From the NCBI RefSeq assembly GCF_964194155.1, contig NC_135879.1, positions 170,252,001 through 170,316,000 on the forward strand: a stretch of 64,000 nucleotides of DNA, given 5' to 3'. Under the pieces are notes generated by a model. It was not told where the DNA came from. It saw only the letters and a program-made list of their open reading frames with translations, and made no database searches. The stretch is from Cetorhinus maximus. Taxonomy: Eukaryota. A program made the position numbers and the translations under genes. The first letter of the stretch is position 1; each line of letters begins with the position of its first letter. Positions 1-12,320 of this stretch are shown here, one piece after another.

Positions 1-93
1 TTGTTGAAGTAACAAGCTACATAGATTAAAGGGAACCTGTAAATGTGATGTACTTGGATTTCCGAAAGGCATTTGCTAAGGTTTCTACACAAA

Positions 94-865
94 GGGCAGA
101 ATTTTGCCCTTGTCAGGTGGGCTTGGTGAGGGCGAGTGGGGTGGGGGGGGGGTCAGGAAACTGAGCGCCACCTGCAATCAAGGCTGGAAAGTAATTTCAC
201 GCTGGTGGGCCAATTAAGGCCTTCCCAGTGTGAAATGTGAGCAGCAGTGCTCAGCGCTGCCTGTGCAGGCGGGGGGAGGAGGGCAGGCGGGTGGAGGAGG
301 GCGCGCGGGGGGAGGAGGGCACACGGGGGGAGGAGGGCACACGGGGGGGAGGAGGGTGCGCAGGGGGGGGAGGGCGCGCGGGGGGGGAGGGCGCGTGGGG
401 CAAACGCGAACTTCGCACATGTGTGAAAATCTCCTTGATGCTGCCTCAGGGAGATGAACAGTTTTTAAAAAAATGATAAAGAAATTAAAAATGTTATAAA
501 GCATGTGACTCTGTCACATGAGCAGGGACATGTTATTAATTAAGTTTTAAAATTTTAATTTAAATTTTATTTGCTTTAGTAAACCCCATCCCGCCCATGG
601 ATGAGGTTCCTAAAAAGTGCAAAGGCCGCTTGGCCTTTTCACCTGCCCGCCAACCGTAAGGTTGGATGGGCAGCGAAAAATTTCTTTTAATGGCCTTAAT
701 AGGCCTTTTAATTATTGGTGGGCGTGCTGCCGACTCCGGTACATGCCTGCCGACTGAAGTATCATGTGACTGTGCATTGACATCGGGACATTCTCCTGAA
801 GTCAACACGTGTCATTTTACGCTCGAGCGGGTCAGGCGTGCGCCTGCCCGCCGAGGTAAAAATTT
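94..865. mobile_element. Non-autonomous DNA transposon (MITE family A, Harbinger-like), copy 1
   Basis: Starts GGGCAGAATTTT and interrupts the CR1. Shares internal blocks (ggccaattaag, tgtcacatgagc.gggacatgtt, tggatgaggtt, aaggttgga.gggcagc, cattttacgc) with 5928-6515 and 19610-20153. Confidence 0.8.
270..400 (+). repeat. G-rich minisatellite (~17-18 bp unit GGGGGAGGAGGGCRCRC) inside the MITE
   Basis: About 7 imperfect tandem units; it produces the Gly-rich and Pro-rich ORFs at 214-504. Confidence 0.85.
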
Positions 866-3804
866 ATTAAATGCTCATGGTGTAGAGGTAACATATTAGC
901 AAGGATAGAGGATTGGTTAACTAACACAAAAAAGAGAATAGGGATAAACGAGTCATTGTTGGATTGGCAAGGTGTAATGGGTGGAGTGCCACAAGGATCA
1001 GTGCTGGGTTCTCAATTATTTACAATCTATACCAATGACTTGGATGAAGGGACCGAATATATAGCTGCTAAATCTGCTGACGACACAAAGATAGGTAGGA
1101 GAGTAGGTTGTGAGGAGGACATAAGGAGCCTGAAAAGGGATATAGATGAGTTAAGCGAGTGGACATAAATTTGGCAGATGGAGTATAAATTGGGAAAATT
1201 TGAACTTGTCCACTTTGGCAGGAAGAATAGAAAAGCAGTATATTATTTAAATGGAGTGAGATTGCAGAATTCTGCAGTACACAAGGATTTGGGTAACCAG
1301 GCACATGAAACACAAAAAAGTTAGTATGCAGGTACAGCAAGTGATTAGGAAGGCAAATGGAATGTTGGCATTTATTGCAAAGGGAATTGGGTATAACAGC
1401 AGGAAAGTTTTGATAAGTTTGTACAGGGTGTTGTTGAGACAAATCTGGAGTACTGTGTACAATTTTGGTTTCCTTACTTAAGGAAGGATATAATTTAATT
1501 AGTAGCAGTTCGGAGAAGGGTCACATAACTGATTCCTGGGATGAAGGGGTTATTTTATGAAGAAAGATTGGACAGGTTGGGCTTTTATCCATTACAGATT
1601 AGAAGATTGAGAGATGGTCTTATTAAAACATATAAGATTCTGAGGTGACTTGACAGGGTGGATGTTGAAAGGATGTTTGCCTTGTGGGAGGGACTAGAAC
1701 TAGGGGACACCCTTTAAAATTAAGGGTTCTCCCACTCAAGATGGAGATGAGGAGAATTGTTTTTTTTCTCAGAGGGTTGTTAGTCTGTGGAACTCTCTTC
1801 CCCAGAGAGCAGTAGAGGCAGGGTCATTGAATACATTTAAGGCTGAGTTAGACAGACTCTTAGTTAACAAGGAAGTCAAAGATTAGAGCGGGTAGACAGG
1901 AAAGTAGAGTTAAGGTCACATTCAGATCAGGTATGATCTTACCAAATGGCGGAGCAGACTTGAGAGACCGAATGGTCTTAATTCGTATGTTTGTTCATAT
2001 ATCTATTTATCCATGATACCCATGAGCATCTAATGTGTTTTCTTAATTCTTTCATGTTATGTGGTGCTCCCCTTTCATTGTTTGGCCCATGTTTGTGTTA
2101 ATTATCACATATGCCCATGTTGTCCGAATATTCTCTTTTCTTTCAACCTATTAATCTATTCTTAAATGTTGACATGGTTTCTGCTGCACTAAGTACAGTA
2201 GTACATTCCATAGCCACATAAACCTCTGTGTACAAAAGTTTTTCCTGATCTCTCACATTTATTTTATATCCATGTGCCTTCATTCTACAATGCTTAACCA
2301 CCGCTAGACTACATCAATTCCCAGGAGCAGACAGCAGTCTGGGCTGCTATCTGCGCAGCATTCAATGATATCAATGAGGTAAATTGCATTGGTAGTGGCC
2401 CGCTCTGCTGCCTGCCCCTGATGGATCAGCGTCAATCTCTGTAGCACCATTAGACACGGTGCTGCACGAACAAATATGCACCCCACCCCAGCCATTCTGT
2501 GACCATCTATTTTGATCCATCCCTTCATAAGTTTAAACACCTCTTTCAAATCCCCTTGATCTCCTCTGTTAAAATGAAAATAGGCCAGTTTTTCAAATCT
2601 TTCTTTCTATTGGTATTTCCTCATACTAAGTAGCACTTGTGCCTCAACACCCTCCCTATAATGTAGAATTCAAAATGGCACTGTTCTTCAGCTGTGGTCG
2701 TACTAAAGTTTTGTGGAGATTCATCTATATAATTGACCTATTAGTATAATTATCAATCCTATTACATGTCAAATTTTACATGTTGAAATACAGATGACAA
2801 ACTTAACTTTTCCGAAGCTTTTACACTGGATTATATTTTAGAGAAAGAAGTCATTTCACTCTCATTCTATGATTTTACTTGACAAAGTTTCATAACCCAA
2901 ATCTTTCATAAAAGTGAACTTCCATGTCATTGAGGCGAACATTTCTGATTTCAGTGTCATTAGTATTCAGGATTTTAGGACTCATTCTTAAGTAAACTAT
3001 GGAAGTTTATTCTCCTTCGATAGTTTATGTTGTATACTTAATTGGTTAGATTATGAAAAAAGATAGTTCACATGTATGGGCTATATTACTGCATTGTTGA
3101 CATTTCTCTAGAGAACCTAGATGTCAGGAGTTTACATCTAAACAATAGCAAATCAAAAACAGGAAACTGTTGGTGAGAAATACCCTTTATCTTCCTGCAA
3201 ACTCGCGTCACCGTCGTCCTCGGAGACTGAGATGTGGGAACACCAGGGTAAATAATCAGGATTTCATAGGCGAACATGCAATAATGTTTACAGCAAAATA
3301 ACAAAAAGGAATTGTTAACTTCACACATCCACATAACAGGAAATTAGGCTATGTCTGGCTCTTTCGCAGAAAACAAGTGTTTAGCTCTAAATAAAGTAAT
3401 TACTTCTCGTAAGCAACTATTTACAGTTCACAAAGGGATACTGGAAAAAAGGGCAATTGTTTTGTCAACTTATGAAGAATGAGCCAGGTTTGACCTAATT
3501 GCTATACATAAACAAAATAAAAATCTAAAAATAATGAGTTCAATTTACTACATTCAGAACTTTTTTTTTAAACATAAAGGTGTTTAAAGGCAACAGCGAT
3601 ATTGGAACGACCACTTGTGTCTGTTGATTGCAGAATGCTGCTAGCAGACATTTGTTACACATCAGACAGATCTTGGCTTAACTGGTATTGAAGTACAGTA
3701 AGAACAGAGCTCTGCACGTCATGATCTCTTCACTGCTAATTTTGGGAGAGCAAGGAGGAGCAATTATTCTCTAATGTTTAAAACACACATTTTAAACTTC
3801 TCAG

Positions 3805-3985
3805 GAGGTTTGAAAAGTTGGTGAAGCAGATTCAATAGCAACTTTCGAAAGGAAATTGGAAAAACATGAAGAGAAAATATTTACAGAGCTATGGGGAAAG
3901 AACAGGGGACTAATTGGATAGCTCTATAAAAGAGGCATGATGGCCAATTGGCCCCCTTCTGTACTGTATCATTCTATGATTCTAT
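3805..3985 (+). mobile_element. CR1 3'-end fragment
   Basis: ggtgaagcagattcaatagcaactttc...ggggaaagaacagggg..., ending in the ATTCTATGATTCTA tail typical of CR1. Confidence 0.7.
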
Positions 3986-5143
3986 TCTACAAGGTGCTCC
4001 CTGAGTAGCTTCAGCTTGGAATTGAGAAGGCTGCTAGGTCCATGATGAGGAAACATGAGATAGCTGGCAACCTGAAAATGTCCAGATTCATTCTGTGGAA
4101 CCAGGACTAGCACTGGACAAGAGGGTGGCAGGGGAACAAATATGCTATCCTCCTGAGAGAGGGCACACCTCTCCCATGGTGCCACTGCAACTCACATGGA
4201 GCAATGCCCACCTGCTGTGGGAGAGCAGGTTTTAGGGCTGTCTTGGCTTCTTGGAAACCCATATCAGTGCTTTCCTTTCAGTTTAGTAAGCTGCAGGAAA
4301 TGGTGGCACCCCGACACTTTACAGCTTCACTATGTGAATCCCGGAGATATTCTGCGACTGGTGCCAGAGATTCTTGAATAGCAGGCTCAACAGCAGTCTG
4401 TATTGAGATAGGTAAGCTCCATGGTGCACGGCAGTGACTCAAGGCCATGAGTGAACGTCAAAACAAGTTGGAAGTAGATGCCTTTACTGTATTACATAGC
4501 ATCCCAAAAGGCATTCCCACTACATTGGCCACTTCCTGGTTATAGTTCTTTTAAAAACTGGCTCCCAGAAACCATCATCCCTGTCCTCTACAGCAGTGCA
4601 AGAAGATGGGCTTGTCTTCTGCTAAGCTGTGACCTGAGCCACCCCTTCCCCCTGAAACACCTGTGCTTGCTGAATAACCTAGTACTGATCCATCTAAATG
4701 ATTTAATGGGTGTGGATGCCACTGATGTTTGAGAGTACAAGAGTCACAATGCATCTTCAGTTTCAGTGCCCGCCTCGCAATCGCCAATAGGCCTGAGACT
4801 TCAGCAAGACTTGGAAAGAGATAATAGAGAAAATGGTTTGCAAAATAGTGGTTTCTCAGTGACGGCATCACTCCTCTAATGTGGTTATTCTGTCTGTCTC
4901 TCTCTCTCTCTCTCTCTGTGTCTAGCATTAAGAGCTGGTTTGACCCACAAGAGGAATGGGAGGGTTTTAGTGAATGGTGTGCTGAAGTGTTCTAAACATC
5001 TGTGAAGAAGCGTCAAGTATGTTCAAGAGGGGGAATTAATAGTGAGAGCAGTTGGATCATTAAGAAGTGGTAGCATGAAGGGTGCTACGGAAGAGTGTTG
5101 CAATGATTAGATGAGAGGAGTGTGAAGCGGGGTGATCGCCTGT

Positions 5144-5272
5144 ACAAAAATAAAATTCTGCAGATGCTGGAAACCAGAAATAAAAACAAAAAATTCTGGA
5201 AAATGTGGGTCAGGTGGCATCTTTGGAGAGAGAAGAGTTAATGTTTCAGGTTGATAACCTTTTGTCAGAATT
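5144..5272 (-). mobile_element. Penelope-type terminal-repeat fragment
   Basis: aaaattctgcagatgctggaaa...gagttaatgtttcaggttgataaccttttgtcagaa, homologous to 21586-21712 and 34837-35017. Confidence 0.55.
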
Positions 5273-5927
5273 GATGTTGTTAAAGTGGCACAGGGCTGTG
5301 CTGACAATGACAACAAAACCTTGAATGGCAGTCTTACCTTAACAGCCCAGGTAAGGCTGTTGAACCTCTTTTTGCTTTGCATCCAGGTACAAGGGGTTAA
5401 ATATCGGATGTTTACAAACTCAGCAGCCTCAGATTGTGCTTCTCCCATCTGATGTAAATTAGGAAATTATTTCCTCTCCTAACCTACTTACTAAAGTCTC
5501 CAAAGCATTGTCAAACAATCTTGTCCCTTCCGGTCCACAAGCAACCTGTAGGTGAACTCTATGATGAGGACTGCACTGTGCATTTACAAGATGCAAGCCA
5601 CCAGTAACTGGGGATGAAACTGGCCAAATTCCATGCCCCCCCCGCACCCCACCCCACCCCACCACCACCACAGTTCCTCCACCCCAGGTATCCATACAAT
5701 TCAAGCCAAGAACTCACTTATCAAACTTAAAGGATCCACAAACTTGAAAAGCAATTGTGTCTTGCGTGGGGAATGTGGTTTCCCCCTGCTCATTTTATGC
5801 CCATTTTGGAGTTCAGAAACTCCCAGCAGGCTGTGGATGCTGAGTCAATCCAAATTTTCAAGATTGAAATTATTACTGTGTTAGGGTATCAAGTGATATG
5901 AATTAAAGAGAGGTAAGTAGAATTAAG

Positions 5928-6515
5928 GGGAAGAATCTTCTGTTCGGCGTGTGGGGGCGAGGCCTGCATGCCGGTGTGTAAAATGATGCGCGGTGATGTC
6001 AGGCATGCGTCCCGATGTCACCGTGCATCATTCTGATCTTCTGTTCGGTGGGTGCGCACCGGAGTCAAAGGCCTGTTAAAGCCATTTAAAAACCAATTAG
6101 CCCTATTGAGAAAGCTGCCCGTCAAACCTTAAAGTTGGAGGGCAGGCAAAGAGCCCAGGCAGCTTTCACATTTATCATGAAACCTCATCCACGGGCATAA
6201 AAATTTAATGAAAATTAATAAACATGCCCCAGCTCATGTGACACTGTCAAATGAGGGGACGTGTCTGAATAATTTTATTTTTTTATTTTTCCCAACTTTA
6301 ACATTGCGTGAAAGAGCGCAGGCCCCAACTCTCCATCCTCCCCCCACCTGCACAGGTAGCGCTGAGCACTTCCGGGCACGTGTCATGCTGGGCGGGCCAA
6401 TTAAGACCCAACCACGCAAAATGGCGACGTGCAGCTGATCACGGGCGGCAATTGGCTCCTTGCCCGCCTGCTCCGCTCCTGACCGGCCCGCCCGATGGGG
6501 AGTAAAATTTTCTCC
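5928..6515. mobile_element. MITE family A copy 2 (opposite orientation), inserted in a CR1 3' tail
   Basis: Imperfect TIRs GGGAAGAATC / AAAATTTTCTCC, 3-bp TSD AAG (5925-5927, 6516-6518). The CR1 tail at 5800-5927 resumes at 6519-6572. Confidence 0.8.
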
Positions 6516-6939
6516 AAGGTTTCAGTCAGCCATGATCGGCTTGTGGGAATGGCCTATTTCTGTTCTTATGTTTGCCTCCATATCCTGAGCAATGTCACTC
6601 GTGTTCTTTGGGGCAGATGGCAAAAAAACAGCACTAACCCTTCCTGGCATTTTACACACAACCACTGCTTCAATGCTTGGGGAGCAAACAAATTGCACGA
6701 GCATTGAAATAATACTTGGATTTGTCCGAGGTTTAGCTGAATTCTGTCACAACAAAAACAAAATATTTGTATAAAGTGCTTGATTTAGATGGCTTTTGCA
6801 TGAACTACAATTATCACATTTAACTGTATATAATTTATATTAAAAAAAAATTCCTCATTGTTAAAGATAGAAAGAGGGTTTATTTTTCTTACTGAAAAGC
6901 AACTACTGCATTTTTTTTAATGGTTATAGGTAATTTCAT

Positions 6940-7560
6940 AAAATCTGTGGCTACAAGTCCAGGCCAGAGCTTAAGAATCCTACAGCGAGTAACTCACCTC
7001 CTGACTCCTCAAAGCCTGTCCACCATTTACAAGTCAGGAATGTGATGGAATACTCTCCACTTGCCTGGATGAGTGAAGCTCCCACAACACTCAAGAAGCT
7101 CAAAACCATTCAGGGCAAAGAAATCCACTAGACTGATGCCCCGTCCATCTCCTTAAACATTCACTCCCTCCACCACTTGGTGCACTATAGCTGCAGTGTG
7201 TACCATCTATAAGATGCACTGCAGCCACTTGCTGAGGGTTCTTCAACAGCACCTTCCAAACCTGTGACCTCTATCACCTGGTAGAAAAAGGGCAGCCAGT
7301 ATATGGGAACATCAGCACTTCCAAATTCCCCTCAAAGTCACGCACCATCCTGACTTGGAAGTATATTGGTATTCTTTCATTGTTTCTGGGTCAAAATCCT
7401 GGAATTCCCCCAGTCATAACAACAATGTGCGTAAACCTGCACCACATGGACTGCAATGGTTCAAGATGGAGGCTCAACACCATCTTCTCAAGGGCAGTTA
7501 AGAATGGGCAATAAATTCTGGCCTTGCCAGAGACATTCACATCCCACAAAAGAATAAAAA
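6940..7560 (+). mobile_element. CR1/Jockey-group LINE (family 2), 3' end
   Basis: Degenerate ORF2 C-terminus (YKSGM..EYSPLAWMS..) and 3' tail gggcaataaattctggccttgccag..cacatccca..aataaaaa, shared with many copies in this window. Confidence 0.8.
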
Positions 7561-7689
7561 CTAATGAGAAAATAATAGCAATATTTGCACATTAGCATTT
7601 GTCTTGAATGTTCACATATTGATTACTTAAAATCGATATGGTTGGAAAAAAGGGAAATACATGATTATTTAAAATTTAAATATAACCCA

Positions 7690-9195
7690 GAAATACAGCA
7701 TAGGCAGGCAGACAAGCTCTCCATTTTAGTGAAAATAGTTGCAGGAACAAATTCGGAAGTCCCACCCCGGAACCTTGTCCCTGCCATTTTTGCATGGGCA
7801 GAGGGGAAGAATGGGTGGGTGGGTGAGTTCTAAATAGCACATCTGTGGTTCTTGGAGGCAACTGCACATGTTTAAGTGAAGCTGCCTCAGTCACAACTGA
7901 TTTTCGCTGGTGGAATGTCCAAAACATGACTTGTGCACTTTAGACCAGGTACGAGAAAGTCTAAACTTACCAGAGTTCTTTGGAGAGGTAAGGTAACCTT
8001 TTGGACAGGTATGTTATTCTTTTGGACATGGTCCTGGGACACCTTTGGGAAGGGTTAGGTGCCGTTTTGGAGAGGTCAGATGTCCTTTTGGAGAGGTGAG
8101 GTGCCTTCTGGGAGAGATAATGTGCCCTTTGGAATTATTAACAGTGGACAGGAATGTGTGTAAAAAGTGCATAAATTCATTGCAACTGTCAAGCTCATTG
8201 CAACTGTCAAAAGAACTGTCAAAGGGAGTTGTCAAAGGAAGCTGTCAAGGTATTTAAATCTGCTGCCCCTTAAATATTTGAAAAAAACTGTCTGCAGTGT
8301 TAAAATTCAGTGCTTGTTATTTCACTCTGGCTATTGACACAGCAAAACGGTTACCATTATAGGATTACTGTTGCAAGACCGATTTTACAACCTATTATTA
8401 TCATAGTGGGGTACCTGTCAGTTCACAGTTTGATTGACAGCTCCAAGTGCTTGCAAAGTCTTTGAAGTGGGACTATGAATACAAATGCTTATTTTTAATA
8501 AGGGATTAAAATAAGTTAAATATAGTGAAAGGGTTTTTATCAATGTGAATTTTTTTTTGAAAAATAGTGAATTTATCAATAGGCATTAAGAAATTTATTT
8601 AATCTCAGCATGGGTCCTGTGGTCTGCACATTGTGAATACTGGGTGAGTTGGCATGGACGGAGTAAGGACAAAGGGTGTTTGGTGGGAGGCATGGGTTGT
8701 CATGAGTTGGCAATGAAATGACATAGGGGCTATATAGGACTATGGGGATGAGTAGGGGCATGGCTTGGTATGAGGGTCATGGGGTGTCAGTAGAGGGGCA
8801 TAGGTTGGCATGGAGAGTATGAGGGGGCATGCAGGATGGGTAGAGGGCATAGGTTGGCATGAATGGTAGAGGTGCCATGGGGTTGAGTAGAGGGGCAAGT
8901 GATGGCATGGGTTGGAATGGATGATATGAGGAGCCATGGGGGTGGTGGGCATGAGGTGGAATGGGTTGGCATGGATGGGACATGGGGAGAGTATGGAGGG
9001 TTAAAGGCTGAAAGGCTGTTTTTGCTTTATTCCTTTCTTTCTTGGCTTCAACAAGTACCGAGACCTCTACACCCAGCTGCCTCTGAACTCTTTCAGGCCT
9101 CCCCACCCTGGGAACTAAAATCCAAACTTTCGGGGCACTTTCTCCCGGGTTGGGTTTGTGCAGCCAGGAATTCTCCCGACTCTGCAATTCAAGCC
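7690..9195. mobile_element. Non-autonomous element family B (MITE-like) with internal tandem repeats
   Basis: Shares blocks (gtttgattgacag; gaatactgggtgagttggcatgg; cctgccatttt) in reverse complement with 22680-23190 and 24775-25842. Has 21-bp repeats at ~8045-8130 and GGCATG-rich repeats at 8640-9000, and ends aattcaagcc. Left boundary uncertain. Confidence 0.55.
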
Positions 9196-9467
9196 ATAGG
9201 GGGGAAATCATCCCAAATTTGCACTAAGTGCAGTAGCGGGCAGGTAAAACGACGTTTTATCTGCCGGCCGCAATGGCGGCTTTTCATGCCACATTATTCC
9301 AAACCTGCCGCATTAATTATGTATTCCCAAGAAACATGCTGTTTACATGGTGGGTGGGCTCTCACTCACCCACTGCACCCTCACCTCACCGCTTCATCTC
9401 GCCAGGCGCCATATTTAAAGTGCAGCCGCGTGCACACCTCTCAGTGCTTCCAGCCCACGACTGCTGC

Positions 9468-10110
9468 ATGGAAGACATGGCCCCGAAAGGCAAAAAGGCT
9501 GCAGCTCCCTGTTAGTGATGCATCCGTCGAGCACCTTTTGGACGCCATGGAGGCCCACCATGATGTCCTCTACCCCCGCTCTGGCCGCAGGAGGTGCAGC
9601 GGCATCACCAATCCAGCATGGGAGACAGTGGCAGCGGTGGTCAGTGGCAATGTCCTGCAAAAGAGGACAGCCACCCAATGCCACTACAGCATGAATGGTC
9701 TCATCCATTCCACCAGGGCAATTCACTCTTCTCATCACTCTCAACTCACACTCACAAACCCATCACACATCTACAGGGATCTCACACCTCAAGGGACATC
9801 ACCACTAACTCTCACGCACACCCTCACATCTCCATCAGGCTCATATCCTCTTGAGCTCACAACCTTATTCCTGTCCATGATGCCACTCGCCACACAAACA
9901 TTCCATGCAGTGCCATGTGTCCCACTCACACTCTCTCCATGTTTTCATGCAGGAGAAGCTGGCTCACATCAGGAAGAGGTCCCAGACCAGTGGTGGAGTG
10001 GGCCACATTAGGCCCTTCACTCAGTTTGAGGAGTGTGCCATCAGGCTGACGGGTGAGGATGTGGACCATGCTTGCGGTGACAGTGAGGTCGGCAGCGAAC
10101 ACCCACGTGA
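9468..10110 (+). pseudogene. Harbinger Myb/SANT-like DNA-binding protein remnant (two exons, frameshifted)
   Basis: MAPKGKKAAAP(fs)SDASVEHLLDAMEAHHDVLYPRSGRR..TNPAWETVAAVVSGNVLQKRTATQC..MNGLIHSTR, then intron 9718-9952 (gc..tgcag), then EKLAHIRKRSQTSGGVGHIRPFTQFEECAIRLTGE. This fits a Myb/SANT (MSANTD/NAIF1-like) trihelix. Confidence 0.8.
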
Positions 10111-11259
10111 GGATCCTGCACCACATCATCCCTCTCTATACGCAACTGTGAGTGCTCTCTCTCCTGCTTTTGACTCTGCTGCCTTGCACTAATTATTTCT
10201 ATTTTGGTTCAAAGAGAGCTCTGCCAAGGGACCAACACCCCCAGCTAGCCAGTACTTCAGCTCCATCCAGGTCCTCATCTCCAGCCAAGAGGGCACCTCC
10301 TCCATTGAAGAGCTGGAAATAAGCAGCCTGGAAGACCTGGCACAGCCCTTACCTATACACTCCACCAGCGCAGACACAAACCTCAGTGGGACGAAGATCT
10401 AGAGCATGCTTGACAATCTGGTGGTCACCGCATGGACACGCGTCCGCAGCAGAAGGAGGCAGGTTCACCTGAGCTCCCTGGCACTTGGAGGACTACTGGG
10501 AATCAGACATCCGTGAGGTCCATGTCAGATGATGAGCCTCTGGGTTTAGCCTTCCACACATCCTGGAGAGTCAGCAGAAGGCATGCGAATATCACGCAGA
10601 GCTACTAAGAGCCCTCAACAGAGTGGCACGTGAGTCGAGGGAGTGCATCTGCCTTCTCCAAGATGAAGTGGTTCCCTCATTTGCGTGAATGAGGTCTCCA
10701 TGGGGTGAATGGGGGATGCTATGGAGACCCTGGTCCAGCAGGACACGGAGGTGTGTGCAGACCTGCACTCCATCATACTCCATCACAGGAGCCGTGGCTG
10801 AGTTCCTGCCGTGGCAACGCGAGAGGGAAACGGGCACCTTGACGTCCCTCCAGCTGCTCCTTCCCCTCAGTGAGTCAGGCTGGGGCCCCCTGACACCCGG
10901 AGGAACAGCGGCAGCTGGACACCCCTGGGTCATCCACTCAGGAATCTCAGATGCTGTCCGCCCCCTCCGGGTCCCCTTTGCCTATGAGCCCTCAACCTCG
11001 TCCTCTGTCTGGAGGGAGAAGTGTGTGTGTGGCAGGGCCTTTCGGAACTTTGTGCAAGCACTCTCCCACGCACGCGGATCCTTCACGCATCCCACTCACC
11101 TCAATGTCCTGAGTATTTTCAGTGCTGCCTGCTGGGTTCGCTTTGAGTTGTCCATCTGAGCTGACCTGTATCTCTGCCACCCCAATGATCACACTCCCAT
11201 GCAGCACCTGATTTCTCCCACCACGACTCTTGTTTCACTGTCAATTTGGACAGCATGGT

Positions 11260-12320
11260 GCTAATTCAGTTTTACCTTCACTCCCCCATCCTTTACCCTC
11301 CCCCAGTCACCCATTTCCTTTCCCCCATCACAATTGGCTCCCCGGCATCACCTTTCGCCTCCCCTCTGTGACCTACCAGCCACAACCCCTTTCTTTTGGG
11401 GATGTCCAAGTGAATGTGCACGTTCCCTACCTTCCCGAAAATCCCACCCCAATCCACATTCATCTCTCCAAGCTCCTCCTTCCCAACCTCAGGGTCTGTG
11501 TCTGCCTCCGAGTCCCCACCAACCACCCTCGCAGTCCCTTCTATCGCCACCGTCAAACCTTCACTCTCTCACCCTACCGCCTCACTCTGCCCTCGGTCAT
11601 TCTCACCCTTTCTCCATACCACACCCACCCTCAGTTTGCTCCCCAGGAGGCAGACATGGACTTATCAGACCCCTCCCTTTTACGTTTATCTTAATATCTC
11701 AGCCTCCGGACCCCTTTCCTCCCCCCCTGGATCCCTTACCCCCTCCAGACCCCTATCCCCCCAGAATCCCTTCCTCGCCCCCACTTAATGCCACTCTCCT
11801 GGACTCCCCTACTTAGTCCCCCCTTTCCTGACTCCCTCAGACACCCTTACTTCTTCTGCCACCATTCGTCCTCCCCCCCTCGACTCCTTCCTCCAGTCTC
11901 ACTTCTTACTCCAACTTTACTCCTTCCCCCTTCCCGACTCTTTCCTCCACTCTTACTTCTTCCTCCACCCTTACTCCCTCATCTCTCCGCACTCCTTTCT
12001 CTCCCTGGACTCCTTCCCCTCTCCACACTCCTTCCCCCTCCGAATTCCTTCCCTTACACCTTCCATGCCCTTACACCTACCTCCCCAGTTGCCATCTTCT
12101 CTCCAGTTAACCCCTCCCTCCCTCCCATACTCCCTCCCCCCTCCAAACCTCACCTCCCCAGCACGTTCAATCCCCCCCAACCCACCCCCTGATAGCTCAA
12201 TTCACCCCCTCCCAACCTCATCCCCCGACACCTTCTCTCCAAAACCCCCACAACCTTACTCCCTCCAACATGTCTTCCTCTCCCAGTCGATCCTAATCCT
12301 TCCTCTTCCACCCCCTTGAC
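11260..12320 (+). repeat. ~1 kb pyrimidine-rich (C/T) low-complexity tract
   Basis: Extreme C/T strand skew; source of the Pro/Leu/Ser-rich ORFs at 11230-12319. Confidence 0.85.

Larger units (their letters stand above)
1..1995 (+). mobile_element. CR1 LINE 3' part (RT region to 3' end), interrupted by a MITE at 94-865
   Basis: 1-93 encodes a degenerate 'VMYLDFRKAFAKV' motif. 866-1995 includes ORF 956-1168 (GVPQGSVLGSQLFTIYTNDL..KSADDTK), frameshifted CR1 C-terminal sequence and the CR1 3' UTR. Confidence 0.9.

Noticed and set aside
214-504. Gly-rich and Pro-rich ORFs
   Set aside because: They are translations of a G-rich minisatellite inside a MITE.
8045-8130. 21-bp periodic repeats resembling a CRISPR array
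   Set aside because: Head-to-tail minisatellite with no unique spacers, in eukaryotic TE context.
8899-10011. 370-aa ORF as an intact gene
   Set aside because: It reads through family B repeats, the Harbinger TIR and an intron. Only the central ~70 aa are Myb-like, and the true start is frameshifted.
11230-12319. Extensin-like Pro-rich ORFs
   Set aside because: C/T low-complexity DNA lacks stop codons by composition.
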